Positions 61,460 to 64,000 of a stretch of DNA of 64,000 nt are shown here, piece after piece. The first letter of the stretch is position 1, and every line of letters starts with the position of its first letter. Made by a program: the position numbers and the translations under genes. Under the pieces are notes generated by a model. It worked only from the letters and a program-made list of their open reading frames with translations, ran no database searches and had not been told where the DNA came from. The stretch comes from Squalus acanthias (taxonomy: Eukaryota), in assembly GCA_030390025.1 (NCBI GenBank), contig JASTWF010000171.1:496001-560000 (forward strand), in the 5' to 3' direction.

Positions 61460-62590
61460 ATCATAGAATAGAATCACAGAGTAGAACATCACAGAAGGCG
61501 GCCATTCGGTCCATCGAGTCTGCACTGGCTCTTTCAAAGAGGAATCGAGTTAGTCCCACTGCCCCGCTCGCACCCCATATCCCTGCAATTTTTTCTCCTC
61601 AAGGATTAATCCAGTTCCCTTTTGAAGGCTACAATGAATCTGTATCCACCATCCTTACAGGCAGAGCAATCCAAATCCTAACCACACGTTACATAAAAAT
61701 GTTTTTGCTCATGTCGCCTCTGGTTCTTTTGCCAATCACCTTAAATCTGTGCCCTCTCGTGATCGAGCCTTCAGCCATTGGAAACTAAAAACAAAAGAAT
61801 TAGGAGCAGGTGTAAGCCATACGACCCCTCGAGCCTGCTCCGCCATTCAATGAGATCATGGCTGATCTTCAATCTCAACTCCACTTCCCTGCCGGATCCC
61901 CATATCCCTTCATTCCCCTGGAGTCCAAAAAATCTATCTCAGCCTTAAATACACTCAATAACTCAGCATCCACAGCCCATTGGAGTAGAGAATTCCAAAG
62001 ATTCACAACCCTCTGAGTGAAGAAATTCCTCCTCATCTCAGTCTTAAATGGCCGACCCCTTATCCTGAGACTATTCCCCCTAGTTCTAGACTCGCCAGCC
62101 AGGGGAAACAACCTCTCAGCACTGTTTCTCTTTATTTACTCCATCTAAATCCTTCACGCTTTTAAACACCTCCATCAAATCTCCTCTTAGCCTTCTCTGC
62201 TCCAAGGAGAACAACCCAGCTTCTCTAGTCTGTCCCCGGAACTGTAATCCCTCATCCCTGGAACCATTATAGTAAATCTCTCCACCCTCTCCAAAGCCGT
62301 CATGTCCTTCCAAAAGTGTGGTGCTCAGAATTGGACACAAGCTGGGGCCGAACTAGCGTTTTATACAGGTTTGGCAGAACTTCCTGGCTTTTGTACTCTC
62401 TGCCTCTATTTATGAGGCCCAGGATCCCATGTGGTTTATTAACTGCTGTGTTAACCTGTCCTGCCACCTTCAAAGATTTGTGCACAAGTACCCCCAGGTC
62501 TCTCTGTTCTTGTACTCCATTTAAAATTGTACTGTTTAGTGTGTATGGTCTCTCCTCATTCTTCCTACCAAAATGTATCACCTCACACTT
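61460..62590 (-). mobile_element. CR1 3' fragment with a second CR1 3' end nested at about 61790-62115
   Basis: Two CR1 tails; EMRRNFFTQRVVNLWNSL and CEVIHFGRKN. Confidence 0.82.
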
Positions 62591-62594
62591 GGCT

Positions 62595-63492
62595 ATACAG
62601 GGCATAATTTCAAAGTTTGCAGATGACACGAAACTCAAATGTAGTGAACAATGAGGAGGATAGTAACAGACTTCAGGAGCACACACAGACTGGTGAAATG
62701 GGCAGACACATGGCAGATGAAATTTAGCAGAGAGAAGTGTGAGTTGATACATTTTGGTGGGAAGAGACAATATGAACTAAATGGTACAAAATTAAAAGGG
62801 GTGCAGGAACAGAGAGACATGAGGTGCATGGACACAAATCTTTGAAGGGGGCAGGACAAGTTGAGAAGGCTGTTAAAAAGCAGATGGGATCCTTGGCTTT
62901 ATTAATAGAGGAATAGAATGTAAAAGCAAGAAGTTATGCTCAACCTTTATAAACACCGGTTAGGCCCCAGCTGGAGTATTGTGTTCAATACACCACACTA
63001 TAGGAAGGATGTCAAGGCCTAGGAGAGGGGGCAGAAGAGATTTACTGGAATGGTACCAGGGATGAGGGACTTCAGTTACGGGGATAGACTGGAGAAGCTG
63101 GGGTTGTTCTCCTTAGAGCAGAAAAGGTTAAGTGGAGATTTGATCGAGGTGTGAGAGTAAATAAGGAGAAACTGCTTCCACTGACAGGAGGGTCAGTAAC
63201 CAGAGCAAACAGATTTCAGATAATTGGCAAAAGAACCAGGGGGGAGATGGGAAGACTTTTTTTTTACGCAGCGAGTTGTTGTGATCTGGAATGCACTGCC
63301 TGAAAGGGCGGTGGAAGCAGATTCAATAGTAATTTTCAAAAGAGAGTTGGATAAATACTTGAAGGGGAAAATGTGCAGGGCTATGGGGAAAGAGCAGGGG
63401 AGTGGGATTAACTGGATAGCTCGACCAAAGAGCCGGCACAGGCACGATGGGCCCAATGGCCTCCTTCTATGTTGTATCATTTTATGATTTCA
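62595..63492 (+). mobile_element. CR1 3' fragment
   Basis: ISKFADDTKL, FFTQRVVVIWNALP and a CR1 tail. Confidence 0.85.
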
Positions 63493-63494
63493 AT

Positions 63495-64000
63495 AAGTTG
63501 ACCATAGAACAAGAAACTGCGTTCCATACAACCCATTTGCCAATAGCGAAGGAGGGTTGAGAGAGTTGGGCCATATTACTGGACACAGCTCACAATGCCT
63601 CAACAGCTGAACAGCAGTGAAAACCTTACAGTGGGTGAGAGACTTGGGCTGTTGGCCAGAAATGACAATGAATGGAACAATACGCTGGAACCAATGTCTC
63701 ACACGTGCCCATGTAAATATGATCACTACAAAATAAAGGAACCCCACCCACCCTGTGACCCGACTAAAACAGGGACCATGGTGCTCATTACAAATTGATT
63801 GGATAGAGCCTTAAACTACAACCGCAATAGGAAACAAATATATTTTACGTGGAGCGGATTAGTTTGCGAAATGGGTGCAAGCTATCCCCATTGCTAAAGC
63901 TCTGGTAGGACAATAAACCACTCAGTGAGGTTCGCCAAAAGAGGTCATGGCTCAATGCATGAATTTGTTGGACATAAAACCAGTTCCACAATTCACACAG
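63495..64000 (+). mobile_element. Degenerate LTR-retroelement (Gypsy/ERV-type) integrase remnant
   Basis: PWCSLQIDWIEP then, after a frameshift, GNKYILRGAD*FAKWVQAIP, matching the start of the rve core. Confidence 0.65.

Overview
Repeat-dense vertebrate genomic DNA, almost certainly from a shark or other cartilaginous fish (HE1/V-SINE, SacSINE1-like DeuSINE, shark-type CR1, L2 and Penelope elements). The only intact host gene is a + strand MHC class I heavy-chain gene. It has 7 coding exons, all phase 1 with GT-AG junctions, and encodes 343 aa (leader 12953-13001, alpha1 36277-36537, alpha2 37057-37329, alpha3 37447-37710, TM 39844-39948, cytoplasmic 40437-40469 and 40992-41038). An X1X2-Y promoter module lies at 12537-12578 and a probable 3'UTR exon at 42711-43200. 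Several peptide-anchoring residues are replaced (Y59S, F123L, T143I, K146R, W147K), so the gene looks non-classical. Intron 1 is inflated to 23 kb by a ~44-bp G/T-rich minisatellite with higher-order repeats carrying 7 near-identical SINE copies, and nearly every other intron holds its own tandem repeat. Flanks are nested retroelements, including two palindromic, hammerhead-bearing Penelope insertions at the equivalent site of a 67-bp satellite. All coordinates and counts were read by eye.
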